A DNA stretch of 64,000 bases from Eledone cirrhosa (GCA_964016885.1 OZ024741.1:47058001-47122000); one strand, 5' to 3'. Numbered from the stretch's first letter, positions 13,771 to 30,100 are shown. Made by a program: numbers and translations. The notes: generated by a model from the sequence alone, not told the origin.

Positions 13771-14370
13771 ATACACATACATATATATATATATATATAT
13801 ACAAGTAATCCCATTCACCAAATCCATGGCTGCTTTCCTTCACGGTATAATGTAATGTACACATTTTTCTTGCATTTCTACAATCCACTCAATTCCATAG
13901 TCTATCCCATCCGACAATTCTATAGCATTTTCTATTCCCCGATTCCAATCCTTGCTTCACTACTCGCTATTCTATCCTATTTCCAAAACAAATCCTCCTG
14001 TATTTTGTCGTATTTTCCAAAACAAATCTTGTATTTTTATTATTGCTTGTTAAATACGAGGTTTTTGTCGTATTTTACAAAACAAATCTTGTTTTTTTAT
14101 TATCGCTTGTTCTCGCTAACAACTCAAAACCCCTCCCTCCCGCCCCCACGCACCACCATTATTATTACGTGGACCAATCATAAGCCAGAGGCCTATACTA
14201 TCGCTTACCTGGTTGCCTTTCGATATGACGGATGGATGGACTACGGAATTCTGGAGAGTTGAAGAGAGAAAAATCTGGACGCTCAGCGACAATGCCAAAG
14301 ATAAAGACAAATTCACCTCGTGGACGAGAATGCGAGCATTCCTCTTTGTTTCGGCCGCGGATGGCTAACA

Positions 14371-15346
14371 GACTCAGACGCACCTACACCTAACAATAAC
14401 TATATCGGCCTTAACAACTCCTTGGCAGTATCCAATAGTGTTGGCAACGGCATCCGCAGACGCAACCAGCATAACCACAAAATGACTGGCGAACATGCAG
14501 GACATGACGTGCTGTGGGTTGTAATGGTGCTAACGACAGCTGCGGTAGCGTGGGTAACAACATAGGCAGCAACAATGATGGCCTTACCGTGGGAAATAGA
14601 AGGAACCGCGACAGAAATTGCAACTGCCGCGACAGAGGATACTGCTTGACTGATAGGGTTATATATAGATGCACTATAACTAGCCACAATAGCGTTAAAC
14701 ATTATATAGGGGCTACGTTCAAAATTAGGTTTCGAACACATCTCCACTCTTTCACAAATAAAAAACTAAGACACTGCACTTCGCTCGCAGACTACATCAC
14801 ATCACTAAAGGACTTAAACATCAGCTTCTCCACGCACTGGGATATTGTCGGCAGGGCTGCACCGTACAACTTCAAGAGGGAATGCGATCTTTGCCTCATG
14901 GAGCTCTACCACATCATAACTGCACCCCACGAGCTCATCAACAGCAGAGCTGGAACAGCGATAAGTTGTACACATCGCTTAAAAATATCCTTCAGATGGG
15001 TTAAGGATGAGGAGTGAAACCGTGCACCGGATCTCCCTGCAACAAGTCTTAACACCCCGGCGAGCAGGCGCTGCAAAAGAACACCCAGGAAACTATCCTT
15101 GCATACCAGACCCAGCCTCAAACGACTCAGACAAACAGATGCAGCAAATAAAAAATTAAAAAATTAAAAAAAAAACGGCCAGAGTTACCTCCCTTGACCT
15201 GCTGCAAAATCAAAACAAGCTATTTTTGCGAGCAATGAACCTTGACGTGGATTTAACCCCAAAAACTCTTTCCGAGCAATGTAAGGAGCACTTTTGATTA
15301 TTTATGCCCTTGAGAAGCCCAACTGGGCGAAACGTACGTAGGTGCA
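14371..15346 (+). mobile_element. Naiad-type Penelope-like element A, upstream partial-tandem copy (GIY-YIG part plus 3' UTR/pLTR)
   Basis: Direct repeat of 17640-18765 with internal deletions; partial-tandem arrangement is typical of PLEs. Confidence 0.88.
15305..15346 (+). ncRNA. Minimal type I hammerhead ribozyme with U3:A8 core variant (pLTR of PLE A)
   Basis: TGCCC-TTGAGAA-GCCC-AACT-GGGC-GAAAC-GTAC-GTA-GGTGCA; palindromic stem III ACGTACGT; followed by AATAAA. Confidence 0.7.
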
Positions 15347-15609
15347 GTTTTAAATAAACATGTTTTACCGGTCTATGCTCCGATTTCTTACTTTCCCACG
15401 TGCTTACGCTGTGCTAATTCTCTAGCCCACTAAATATTAACACTTTGAATATTTAATACTGCCGGCACTAGTATCGAGCACCTTTGGCATACGCTACTTG
15501 GCAAATAACTATATGTATCACCTATCTTCCCCTTTTTTTTCTCTCTCTCGATACTTAAATACTGTATTACCGTGCTCCTTTTGTAGAGCATCTCACCTTA
15601 TTTGCCATT

Positions 15610-18338
15610 ATGTTGGAGAACCAGCCGTTACCCATGTCTCTCAAGTGTATCCCCTTACCCAGCAAAAAAAACCTACCTCAAACTGCTTATAGACGCTACT
15701 AATTCGTTTATACGGAGAGTCAGATGGAAGGCCTACCACCTGGATAAGAACACCCGTAACCTTCCTGAACCCAAAGAGAGGTATGGCTTCAAAACATACC
15801 GAAACCCACTGCACAATACCTTACTGGACTCCTTTGAAGAGGACCTACTGAAAATGATCAAAAACGTTAAGTTCAGAAAGAAACACCAATGCAGCAATCC
15901 ATTCTTAACATCCCTTGATACACTAATTACTAAGATCAAGAATGACCCGCACCTCTTTGTCACCTCCGACAAAACCCAAAAGCTGTACAAGATGGACGCG
16001 AGTAAGTATAAAAAATTCATCTATAAGGAACTACATAAAGACTACAAAAAGACACCTGCTAGTACCCTAAATGACATAAATAGAGTAGGGAAGGATATAG
16101 TCACCAGCTTAGAAATAGAAAAGTACACTAACCCGTACGTCCCTCTGACGCCTAAATTCTCTCTTAAGGATCACAAATATGACTTTAATGAAAGCCCCTC
16201 TATTACACTAATATGCCCCTCTACATCAGATATAAGTAAGATTAGTAAAGTGATCCTCGACAGAGTACTACTGGAGCTTACTAGAAAGGCTAAGGTCTGC
16301 CTCTGGGGCAACACCGACCAGGTCATAAATTGGTTCACCGAGTTGCCGGATAAAGCCACCCTGAAGTTCATCCAGTTTGACATAGACAGTTACTACGCCT
16401 CTATCTCCCTCATACTCTTAAATAAGGCACTTATCTTAGCTAAATCTAACACTAGCCTCACTAAAAAAGAAATTTACATAGTTCTAGCGGCACGTAGAAC
16501 CATTATCCAGTTCGAAGGCTCCCACTGGACCAGAACCAACCGTCCTGATAACTTCGATGTCACGATGGGGTCCAGTGACTCAGCGCAAGCAACTGACCTG
16601 GTCGGGATATACCTCCTACATAAGCTTAGGGAAGAGATACCGGCCCTACAAGGAGGTGTATATAGGGACGACGCCCTGTTTACCGTTAGGAACCATAGCC
16701 CCCGTAGGATAGAGAACCTTAACAAACATATACACAGGTTCTTCAAGTCATACAGCCTATCCGTAACTATGGACCTCAACCACAAGGTTGTCAACTTCCT
16801 GGACGTGACCCTGGAGTTGAGCACGGGCTTATACAAGCCATACAATAAGCCTGGATAGTGCCTCTCTTTTATTAATTATGCCTCCAACCACCCTAAGCGG
16901 ACTCTCAACTCCATAGTCTATAGTATCTCACATAGAATCTCGAGACTATCCGCCAATGAGGATATCTTCAACCAAGCGGCAGATTACTACAATAGGGCCT
17001 TGATAAGCGCCGGCTTTAACCGAGGAATTTCCTACATCCATAACGCTAGCTCTAGAAACCACCCCCTTCATAAAACGAATGTTATAGTAAGCCATACCTA
17101 TAACCGATCACGCGGCGACCTCGTTGAAGTCGGATATAATTGAATAGATAACCGCACTAAAGATCACGACCCCGGCGACGGTAACCACTGTACATTACTC
17201 GAACTATTCCCCTATTACAAAACCAACAAAGGCGACGGCCTACTACCAATGCCTTCCAACCAACATCTTCCTGTACATAAACATGGAAGAGGTAGGAAGA
17301 GTGCACCCGAGCATAAAGTGAAAGGGCACCGAACAGGCGACTGCGCACTAACACACATAAGAGCGGTCACCTAGATGGAACCACCCGTAGCAAACGTACA
17401 AGGACACATAATCGCCACCGTAACGTCCTATGGTTCCACCCCTTCGAACTCTCGGAGTGTGGCCTCCAACATACCCCGGATGTTCTTCGAAGCCTTAGAG
17501 AAGAACTTCCCGCCCAACCATAGGTATAGAAAAATTCTTAATAGGAACAATATAAAACTATCCTTCTCTACTACCCCTAACCTAGCAGACATCATAGGAA
17601 CAACGAACCACAGTAAGATCACCAAGACACAGCACCTCTACTCAGACGCACCTACACCTGACAATAACTATATCGGCCTTTACAACACCCTGGCAGCATC
17701 CAATAGTGTTGGCAACGGCATCCGCAGACGCAACCAGCATAACCACGAAATGACTGGCGAACATGCAGGACATGACGTGTGGAATAATAATCGTACCACC
17801 CCGCGCGCTGTGGGTTGTAATGGTGCTAACAACAGCTGCGGTAGCATGGGTCACAACGTAGGCAACAATGATGGCCTTACCGTGGGAAATAGAAGGAACC
17901 GCGACAGAAATTGCAACTGCCGCGACAGAGGACGCTGCCCCCTTAGAAGATACTGCTTGACTGATAGGGTTATATATAGATGCACTATAACTAGCCACAA
18001 TAGCGTTAAACATTATATAGGGGCTACCTCCGGTCCGTTCAAAATTAGGTTTCGAACACATCTCCACTCTTTCACAAATAAAAAAATTGAGACACTCCAC
18101 TTCGCTCGCGGACTACATCACATCACTAAAGGACTTAAACATCAGTTTCTCCACGCACTGGGATATTGTCGGCAGGGCTGCACCGTACAACTTCAAGAGG
18201 AAATGCGATCTTTGCCTCATGGAGCTCTACCACATCATAACTGCACCCCACAAACTCATCAACAGCAGAGCTGAAACAGCGATAAGTTGTACACATCGCT
18301 TAAAAATATCCTTCTTCAGATGGGTTAAGGATGAGTAA
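15610..18338 (+). pseudogene. PLE A RT + GIY-YIG endonuclease ORF, disrupted
   Basis: MLENQPLPMSLKCIPLP start, SDKT, FIQFDIDSYY, TMGS, YRDD, VNFLDV; CNC-x5-C-x5-C linker, VIY..YIG, CDLC; stop at 16856 and several frameshifts. Confidence 0.9.
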
Positions 18339-18725
18339 TGAAACCGTGTACCGGATCTCCCTGCAATAAGTCTTAACACCCCGGCGGGCAGGCGCTGCAA
18401 AAGAGCACCCAGGAAACTATCCTTGCATACCAGACCCAGCCTCAAATGACTCAGACAAACAGATGCAGCAAAAAAAAATTAAAAAATAAAAAATTCTCAA
18501 AATAAGCGTTGATTACATGCGTATCGACAATGGTAAGGTTGTAACCTCATCTCGTAGCGGATAAAAAAATTTGTCCGGGAAAGACTGCCCTAACACCGGC
18601 CAGAGTTACCTCCCTTGACCTGCTGCAAAATCAAAACAAGCTATTTTTGCGAACAATGAACCTTGACGTGGATTTAACCCCAAAAACTCTTTCCGAGTAA
18701 TGTAGGGAACACTTTTGATTATTTA

Positions 18726-18765
18726 TGCCCATGAGAAGCCCAACTGGGTGAAACGTACGTAGGTG
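18726..18765 (+). ncRNA. Second (3') copy of the PLE A hammerhead, degenerate
   Basis: TGCCC-ATGAGAA-GCCC-AACT-GGGT-GAAAC-GTAC-GTA-GGTG; the A3/A8 mismatch should disable the core. Confidence 0.6.
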
Positions 18766-19220
18766 TCATATATATACATATATATTATATATATACATAT
18801 ATATATACACATATACATACATACATACACATATATATATACATATATATATACATATATATATACATATATATATACATATACATACATATATATATAC
18901 ATATACATACATATACATACATATATACATATATATATACATACATATATACATACATATATACATATATACATACATATATACATATATACATACATAT
19001 ATACATACATATATACATATATACATACATATATACATATATACATACATATATACATATATACATACATATATACATACATATATACATATACATACAT
19101 ATATATATATACATATATACATACATATATATATACATATATACATACATATATATATACATATATACATACATATATATATACATATATATACATATCT
19201 ATATACACATCTATATACAC

Positions 19221-19294
<74 letters not shown>

Positions 19295-19296
19295 GC

Positions 19297-19367
<71 letters not shown>

Positions 19368-19378
19368 CATATATATAC

Positions 19379-19413
<35 letters not shown>

Positions 19414-20089
19414 CATATATATACATATATATATATATATACATATATATACATATATACATATATATACATATATATACATACATATATATACATATAT
19501 ATATATACATACACATATATACATATATATACATACATACATATATATAAATATATATACATACATACATATATATATATACATACATATATACACATTA
19601 TATATATACATATATATATACATATTATATATATACATATATATATACACATATATATACACATATATATACACATATATATACACATATATATACACAT
19701 ATATATACATATATATATACACATACATACATATATACACATATACATACACATATATATACACATTTATATACACATATATATATACATATATATATAT
19801 ACATATATATATATACATATATATATACATATATATATACATATATATATACATATATACATATATATATACATATATACATATATATATACATATATAT
19901 ATACATATATATATACATATATATATACATATATATATACATATATATATATACATATATACATATATATATACATATATACATATATATATACATATAT
20001 ATATACATATATACATATATATATACATATATACATATATATATACATATATACATACATATATACATACATATATACATATATATATA
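18766..20089. repeat. Long compound (TA)n/(TACA)n microsatellite
   Basis: Seen directly. Confidence 0.97.
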
Positions 20090-20469
20090 TGGTGGCTGCC
20101 AACTCGTTTTCGAGTACGGCCACCACTTTACATCCATGTAGGAGAGCCCCTACCGATGCACTCTGGTACAAACACTACACTTGTGACAATTATTGACACA
20201 GTGCTGGGCCCATGGTACCATGTGACGACAAGTGCAGAGAGATCTCCAGATATAAAGCAATGCCTGTGCCGTGAAGCTTTTATAGTGAGCAAAGGCACTG
20301 CACAAAGCCAGTCCAACTCTCTTAACAAAGATGATATTTACCAAAAAGAAGAACAAGTCAACATCATTGGATACCATCAGGGTTGCAGGTGTTATATCAG
20401 AGTTTTCCTTCTCCTAGAATTCTGCCCTGACAAAGGCTAAGGGGTCATCTCTCCCGGTGATTTTGGATG
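20090..20469 (-). mobile_element. Family X short retroelement, 5'-truncated copy 2
   Basis: Matches 10136-10560 with an internal deletion. Confidence 0.8.
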
Positions 20470-22120
<1,651 letters not shown>

Positions 22121-22530
22121 TGGTGGCTGCCAACTCGTTTTCGAGTACGGCCACTACTTTATATACATGTAGGAGAACCCCTACCGATGCGCTGAACGAA
22201 TGTGACTTTTTATTCCAGCCAGCGACTTGAAAACTCTGGTACAAACACTACACTTGTGACAATTATTGACACATAGTGCTGGGCCCATGGTACCCTGTGA
22301 CGACAAGTGCAGAGATCTCCAGATATAAAGCAATGCCTGTGCCGTGAAGCTTTTATAGTGAGCAAAGGCACTGCACAAAGCCAGTCCCACTCTCTTAACC
22401 AAGATGATATTTACCAAAAAGAAGAACAAGTCAACATCATTGGATACCATCAGGGTTGCAGGTGTTATATCAGAGTTTTCCTTCTCCTAGAATTCTGCCT
22501 TGACAAAGGCTAAGGGGTCATCTCTCCCGG
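22121..22530 (-). mobile_element. Family X short retroelement, 5'-truncated copy 3
   Basis: Matches 10136-10547. Confidence 0.8.
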
Positions 22531-22549
22531 ATATATATATATATATACA

Positions 22550-22898
22550 TGGTGGCTGCCAACTCGTTTTCGAGTACGGCCACTACTTTACATCCATGTA
22601 GGATAACCCCTACCGAAGCGCTGAACGAGTGTGACTTTTTAGTCCAGCCAGCGACTTGAAACCTCTGGTACAAACACTACACCTGTGACAATCATTGACA
22701 CATAGTGCTAGGCCCATGGTAGGACAATTATTGACACATAGTGCTGGGCCCATGTGAGGACAAGTGCAGAGAGATCTCCAGATATAAAGCAATGCCTGTG
22801 CCGTGAAGCTTTTATAGTGAGCAAAGGCACTGCACAAAGCCAGTCCCACTCTCTTAACCAAGATGCTATTTACCAAAAAGAAGAACAAGTCAACATCA
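22550..22898 (-). mobile_element. Family X short retroelement, 5'-truncated copy 4 (tandem to copy 3)
   Basis: Matches family X, with an internal ~35-bp duplication (GACAAT..TTGACACATAGTGCT..GGCCCATG). Confidence 0.8.
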
Positions 22899-23413
22899 AT
22901 ATATATACATACATATATATATACATACATACATACATACATACCCATATATATAAACATACATACATATATACACACATATATATATATAAACACACAC
23001 ACATATATATATAAACACACACACATATATATATAAACACACACATACATATATATACATACATACAGACACACACATATATAAATACATATACACACAC
23101 ACAACTATATCAAATTATTCTGTTACAAGCTGCAGCATGTTTCAATCTTTTGATATTGTCAAACACGTGCATCAGGCCATTTAGTTATTAAATATAAAAT
23201 GAAGGTGAGAATTTTCAAATAATAAAATTAAGGCAAAGTTGTTTTTGAATGTTATAAATTTCAAATAAGAAGTTTAATTACATCTATAATGTTTAAATTT
23301 TAAAAATATTTGTTTATATATACATATATATACACATATACATATATATACATATATATATGTATATATATATATACATATACATATATATACATATATA
23401 TATATACATATAC

Positions 23414-23468
<55 letters not shown>

Positions 23469-23679
23469 TATAAATACATATACATACACATATACATATA
23501 TATACATATATATATATATATACATATATATACATATATATATACATATACATATATATACATATACATATATATACATATACATATATATACATATTAA
23601 TATATATAAATATACATATATATACATATTAATATATATAAATATACATATATATACATATTAATATATATACATATAC

Positions 23680-23731
<52 letters not shown>

Positions 23732-23795
23732 ATATATACATATATATACATATACATATACATATATATATATACATATACATATATATACACTT

Positions 23796-23912
23796 CTGAA
23801 GAAGTGACAACTGATTATACATTTGCTATCGAATACTTGCTAACATTATATGATTACGCAAGCAGCGATACATAGGTATTCCGTCTGTTACAGAAACATA
23901 TGTCAATACCTA
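23796..23912 (+). ncRNA. Hammerhead-like motif with a structured ~75-nt domain-II insertion (5' pLTR of PLE B; second copy 26920-27036)
   Basis: CTGAAGA, stem II GTGACA/TGTTAC, GAAAC-ATAT-GTC with palindromic ACATATGT; canonical stem I not evident. Confidence 0.55.
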
Positions 23913-24121
23913 ATAAATTCCTTTTTTTTAAAAAAAGCACTTTCATTTTATATTCATCTTTTCTACATTTTCTCCGGAATATAATTTATACTCGTTGAGC
24001 AAACCTACACGTACGCTGTTCATCTCTAACGTAACAATATATTATCACTACATTATTGATAACCTGAAATTTTAATATTCTCCTATACAGTTGAGCAACT
24101 AATTCAGCATACACCTCTAAA

Positions 24122-26438
24122 ATGGAAAGGCACCAATTGGATATGTCGTTAAAAAACATACCTATTCAGGCAAAAAAGGAATATATTCTAGGTATGATAC
24201 GAAGGACCAATGATTTTATTCAACGAATCAGATGGAAAACATTCCATTTTGACAAAAGCCGTATAAACCAAACATCGGATCTTAACAAGGATAAATTTGG
24301 ATTTAAATCTTACAAAAACCCACCCTCAAACCCACTTTTGGATGCATTTGAACAAGATCTAATGGATATGATCATGGAGATCAAATTTACAAAACGGAAG
24401 AACAATAAACTACAGAATGACATCACGGCACTGCTCAATAATCTAAAAAACGCCAATGGAATTATTGTTAGAGCAGACAAAACATCAAACGTATATACCA
24501 TGGATGTGGACACTTACAATAACTTCATCCGTAAGAAATTGCATAAAAAATACAAGAGAACTAATGAAGCTACACTTAAAAACATCAACAACTCGGCTTG
24601 TGAAATTGTTAAAAAACTTTGTATTGACGATAGAACGCAACCCTTAACACCAGCTACACCATCCTTCAACCTGAAGGACCACAAGGTAAACTTCGATACT
24701 GACCCTAAAATTAGACTTATATGCCCCTCTAAATCTGATATAGGCAAAATTAGCAAATATATACTAGACAGAATTATCCCCCAAGTTAAGGCAAAAGTAG
24801 AAATTAAACTATGGGGTAACACTCATCAAGCAATAAGATGGTTTAATAACATTACTGATAAGAAAAAATCAAAATTTATTCAGTTTGATATTGATGAATA
24901 TTATTCCTCAATTTCACCTGATACTCTGCATGAAGCTCATTCGTTCGCTTAGGCTAATTCCGACCTTACGGATGCTGAAATTAAAATTATTATGGAAGCG
25001 AGGAAAACTATTGTTAAATTTGATGATAGCTACTGGGTTCGCAAAGATAGACCTTCTAATTTTGATATTACTATGGGTTCCAATGATTCGGCGGAAGTAA
25101 CAGATCTTGTAGGAATTTATATCACCCACAGACTACAAGGAAAATTCAAGGATCTCCACGGTGGAATCTACGGTGACAATGCGCTCCTATTAGTTAAGCA
25201 TATGAATAACCAGAATTTAGAAAGGATGCGTAAAAATATCAGAAAGCTTTTTAAGGAACTAGGATTAAATATTACATTTGAATATAACCTCAAAGAGGTC
25301 AATTTCCTTGATGTTACTTTGAATCTCAATACAGAAACGATTAAACCGTTCCATAAACTAAATGAGAACCTTAAATATGTAAATACGAGTTCTAACCATC
25401 CACCCTCTATAATTAAATCCATCCCTAGAAATGTTTCTCTTAGAATCTCCCGCCTGTCGTCCAACCAACAAACCTTCAAAGAACATGCCGAATATTATGA
25501 TGATGCACTTAGGAAGGCAGGACACCTAGATAATATAGAGTATATAGTCGACGACCACCAAAACACCCAAAATAAATCTCATAGAGGTAGAAATAGCATA
25601 GAATCACCACCATACATACACTACCGCAATAGACACAATAATAGTCGCACACCACCAAACAGAAGGCGATGTAAAGAGTATATATGGTACAAGCCGGTCT
25701 ATAACAACTCTATTAAAACCAATCTACCCTCACAATTCTTTCGATTAGTTAAAAAACACTTTCCAACATCACATAAATATAATAAAATCTTAAACCCTAA
25801 CACTATTCGACTTTCATATTCAACCGCCCCTAATATTGAACAACATATAAAAAAGCTTAACGCAAAACGGTTAGATAAACGCCTAACAACACATAACAAT
25901 ACACGTAAAACATTAGCTATAACATCACAAAACAACAAACAACATCCCGTCCTACCTAAGCAACCTCATCAACCCATCCATGCCAATACAACAACGCAAA
26001 ATTATAACTGTAACTGTGTCCAACCAGGAATGTGTCCGTTGAACAATCAGTGTCTTGAACGCAACATAATATACAGATGTACTATCGAATCGGATAGACA
26101 GAAGTGGTACTATGTGGGATCTACAGCCACCTCCTTCAAATCACGCCTTTATAGACATCGTTACTCGATAAAACATGAAAACCAGCGTTATGTAACAACA
26201 CTCGCAGACAAGGCTTGGCAGCTGCGTGAAAATAACCAACAATTTCACCTTAAATGGGATATAATAACGCTGCCCCCCATATTCCCACGGACAGGAATTT
26301 TGTAAATTGTGTAACATGGAATTATTTTGTATTATGAAATCCAAAAACATTTTATTAAATAACAGAATAGAGCGATCGTTATACTGTAACCATCGCTTAA
26401 AATCTACATTTTCATATTACAAATACTACCAGGATTGA
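24122..26438 (+). pseudogene. PLE B RT + GIY-YIG ORF (stop at 24950, frameshift at ~26275, catalytic YRDD mutated to YGDN)
   Basis: MSLKNIP, ADKT, FIQFDIDEYY, TMGS, VNFLDV, CNCVQPGMCPLNNQC, IIY..YVG, CKLC. Confidence 0.92.
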
Positions 26439-27113
26439 ACGCCTGTCTCCATCTCCGTTTGATTGTCAAAATACATATTAACATTCTCTATTAGTCTTAA
26501 TTCTATCAACTCTTCTATTATTTACCATTTAATATAAACTGCTATAGATAAAATGAGATTTCTTAATTCAATTCCCTAATGCATATACCAGCTGGCGACT
26601 AGCATTGATGTTATTCAGTAGCAGTCGAAATCTCCCCCTTCCTTAATTGACACTTTATAATTAATACTACTACACCAAATGACCAGCCCTGTCCATTGTT
26701 CAATTGGTCAAGTATAGATTAAAATAGGCACTCCCAAAAATTCTTATTTAGATAAAATAAACCATTTACTCATTGTATTCTCATTAGAAACCCTTTATAT
26801 ACTTGTTTAGCAGTAAATTGAATTACCATCTGTCATATACTATCCCTTCTCTTCTTCCTCTATTACAACTAATATAAATACTTCAATTTTTCTGATTTTT
26901 TTCAATTTATCCAAAATCTCTGAAGAAGTGACAACTGATTATACATTTGCTATCGAATACTTGCTAACATTATATGATTACGCAAGCAGCGAATCATAGG
27001 TATTCCGTCTGTTACAGAAACATATGTTAATACCTAATAAATTCCTTTTTTTTTTAAAAAAGCATTTTCATTTTATATTCATCTTTTCTACATATATATA
27101 TACATATATATAC

Positions 27114-27146
<33 letters not shown>

Positions 27147-27152
27147 CATATA

Positions 27153-30100
27153 TAAATTAATAAAATAATGAATAAACAAAGAAACAGTTCCTTATATTAA
27201 AAAAAATTCATCATTTTACGATCGTTTCTAGGATATATATGTATTAGAGTTGGTATGCATATTCTATAGATCTATGTACAATATTTATACAAACTATCAG
27301 AGGGAATATACATACCTACACATATATATGCTGTCTTCAGAAATAATGATATTTGTTTATTGAAAAAAGCAAAGATTCAATACAATAGGTCTGTTTGGGA
27401 ACAGGTTTTGAATTGACCAATCAGAAGATAGTGAGAGTCAAGATAGTAATATAGTAGTAGAAGAACCTTAAATTATGGGTAGAGGAAGGTAGATTTCAGT
27501 TTTGGATGGAAAAGAGTATTATGAATGAAGGAATATTTTAGGGAAGAAATAGGTCTTATGCTGACCTCAGAAATAATTTTATTTGTTCATTGAATAAAAC
27601 CAATAAAGATCTAATATATTCTGTCTGTATGGTAAGAGGTTTAGAATTAACCAATAGAAAGTTAATAATTGGCCAAATGGTAAAATAGTAGTAATTGAAG
27701 CTTATTTTAGGGGTGAAAATAGGTCAGGTGGTCAGTCAAAGGTATACAAGCAGTTGCTGTTATAAAATAGTAATGCCAATACAAATATCTAAGGTGACCA
27801 AAGTTTTAAGATAAGAATGTTAGTGAAAAAAATACATCTATGAAAAGAATATAAAATTAATTTAATTGATGGGTATATTTATATTGATAAAATTATACTA
27901 ATACATATAGATATGATAAATAAGAGTTAGATGCAGTTGAAAAGTGCTGTTAAAGATGAGGGGAAATTAAAAGAATATAAAAATAATATATATATATATA
28001 CCTATATATATATATACATATACATACATATACACACACATATATATATATATATACACTTATATATATATACATATGTATATATATATATACACACACG
28101 CACATACACATATATATATATATATACATATATATATACACATATATATATATACATATATATATACACACATACATGCACATATACATACATACACATA
28201 CATATACACACTTATACATACATATAATTATTGGGGGGGGGGGATTAAATTTATTAGTGAGAAATAGTAAATATATATAGTTTTCAAGGAACATAGAGTC
28301 AGTTTATATATTAATTTCTAAAGTGTATATTAATTAGGTTTATAATATTTAAAGCAGAAATATGTAGTTCATCAGTAGTAGAATATTAATTATAGGTTAA
28401 CTAAATTAAAAATAATTTATATATTAATTTCTAAAGTGTATATTAATTAGGTTTATAATATTTAAAGGTTTTTCTCAGTTTATGATTACACGATATTATT
28501 AATTCCTGTCACTTATTTAATAGGGTATCCTTAGAATTCATTATTTCGAAAAGTTCTTGGGAACATAATCTACATTCATTTCTACTATTTTAATAAGGGG
28601 TGGCCCTTTTGAGCATACTCCAGGTCAGGTCATATTCTATATTCCTCTTTCTATAACTATTAATTATTTCAGCTAGAGATGTTGTATTAGCTAGTGCGGC
28701 ATTTTTAAAACTATGTTTGTGGGTATTAAATCTTACCTTAAAATTGTTAGAGGTAGCTCCTATATATGAATAAATTGAGTCCTTAGTGTTAACTTTACAT
28801 TTATATACTATGTTATTCACAAGGCAATTTCCTTTTAATGGACAGTTTGCCTTGTTTCTACAGTTACAACTTTTCGTGAATCCTGTATCTGAGGAGATAT
28901 TATGGTTAGTTTGATGTACTGGTGGTATACTCATGGTTTTTTTACACTTATATGCATTATAGGCACTTATATTTTGTTTTATGTTTTTGGTTGTTGAGTA
29001 GGAGAATTTAACCGTTGATCTATTTAAGATTTGATGGTATTTGTGGTTTGGCGGGAAGTTTTTCTCTAGGATATTAAAGAATTTTTTAGGTATATTATCC
29101 TTAATTTGTAAATTAAATGGAACATTATACCAAGTAACTCGTCTATTACGGTTTCGATGTTGTTTATTGTTTTTATATGATGCATCCTGATGTTTATTAA
29201 GAGAATTATTGTTAATGACCTCTCCACACACATTTTTAGTTAGATTTATTGATTTAGGTGTTTTAGCTTGTTTATAAGGAGTTTTATTATGAACATTTAT
29301 TAGAGTTGTATGATGAGTAGTTTTTTGAGAGTTACTATACTGTATATTAGAAGAGTTAGAGAAATTTGGTTTTATGTTGGTGTTTTGGGGTGTAGTGTGA
29401 GTGGCATTTAGGTGTGTATGTTTCATTTGGTGTTTGTTGGTAATATTAGGTTGTATGTTTGTAGTGTTATTGGTAGAAGGTATATATACTAATCTATTTT
29501 TGTGGCCACTTCTAGCTAGAGCTTCGTTATAAAAGGTCGCATTTTTATCAAATACATCTTGGTTAGACGAAAGGTTAGAAATTCTAAGTGATATATTATA
29601 TGCAAGGTTTTTAAGGATAGATTTAGGGTGATTAGATTGTGAGTGTATGTAGTGTAAATTTTGGTTGGGTTTATGGTAAGGTTGGTAGATACCCATAGAT
29701 AAGTCTAATGTTATATCTAGGAAATTAACTACTTTACTTGTGTTTTCAAATGTAATATCTAGACTATAATAGTCTTTAAGGAAAGTTCTAATAAGCTTTT
29801 TATTTTTTTCTATCTCTGAGAGGCTAAGGTTATTGGAAAGAAGAAGACAGTCGTCACGATATAAACCACCTTTAAGGTGGGGAAAGGAAGCATTTATGTT
29901 AAAAAGAAGAAAGAGGCCCACAAGATCAGTAATTTGGGCAGAATCGCTTGAGCCCATAGTAATATCGAATAGATTACTATATGTGTTTCTGGTCCAGTAT
30001 TCATTCTGAAATTCCAATAGTGTTAGTCTAGCATGTGTAATAATATTAATGTCATCCAAAGTTAAGTTAGATCTATTTTTAGCAAATATCAAGGCTTTGT

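Larger units (their letters stand above)
23795..27093 (+). mobile_element. Naiad-type Penelope-like element B, near full length, with pseudo-LTRs
   Basis: ~175-bp direct repeats at 23795-23968 and 26919-27093 flank an RT+GIY-YIG ORF; inserted in (TA)n. Confidence 0.92.

Noticed and set aside
22181-22450. Small C2H2 zinc-finger host gene
   Set aside because: Lies within a five-copy short retroelement; the frame is not conserved between copies
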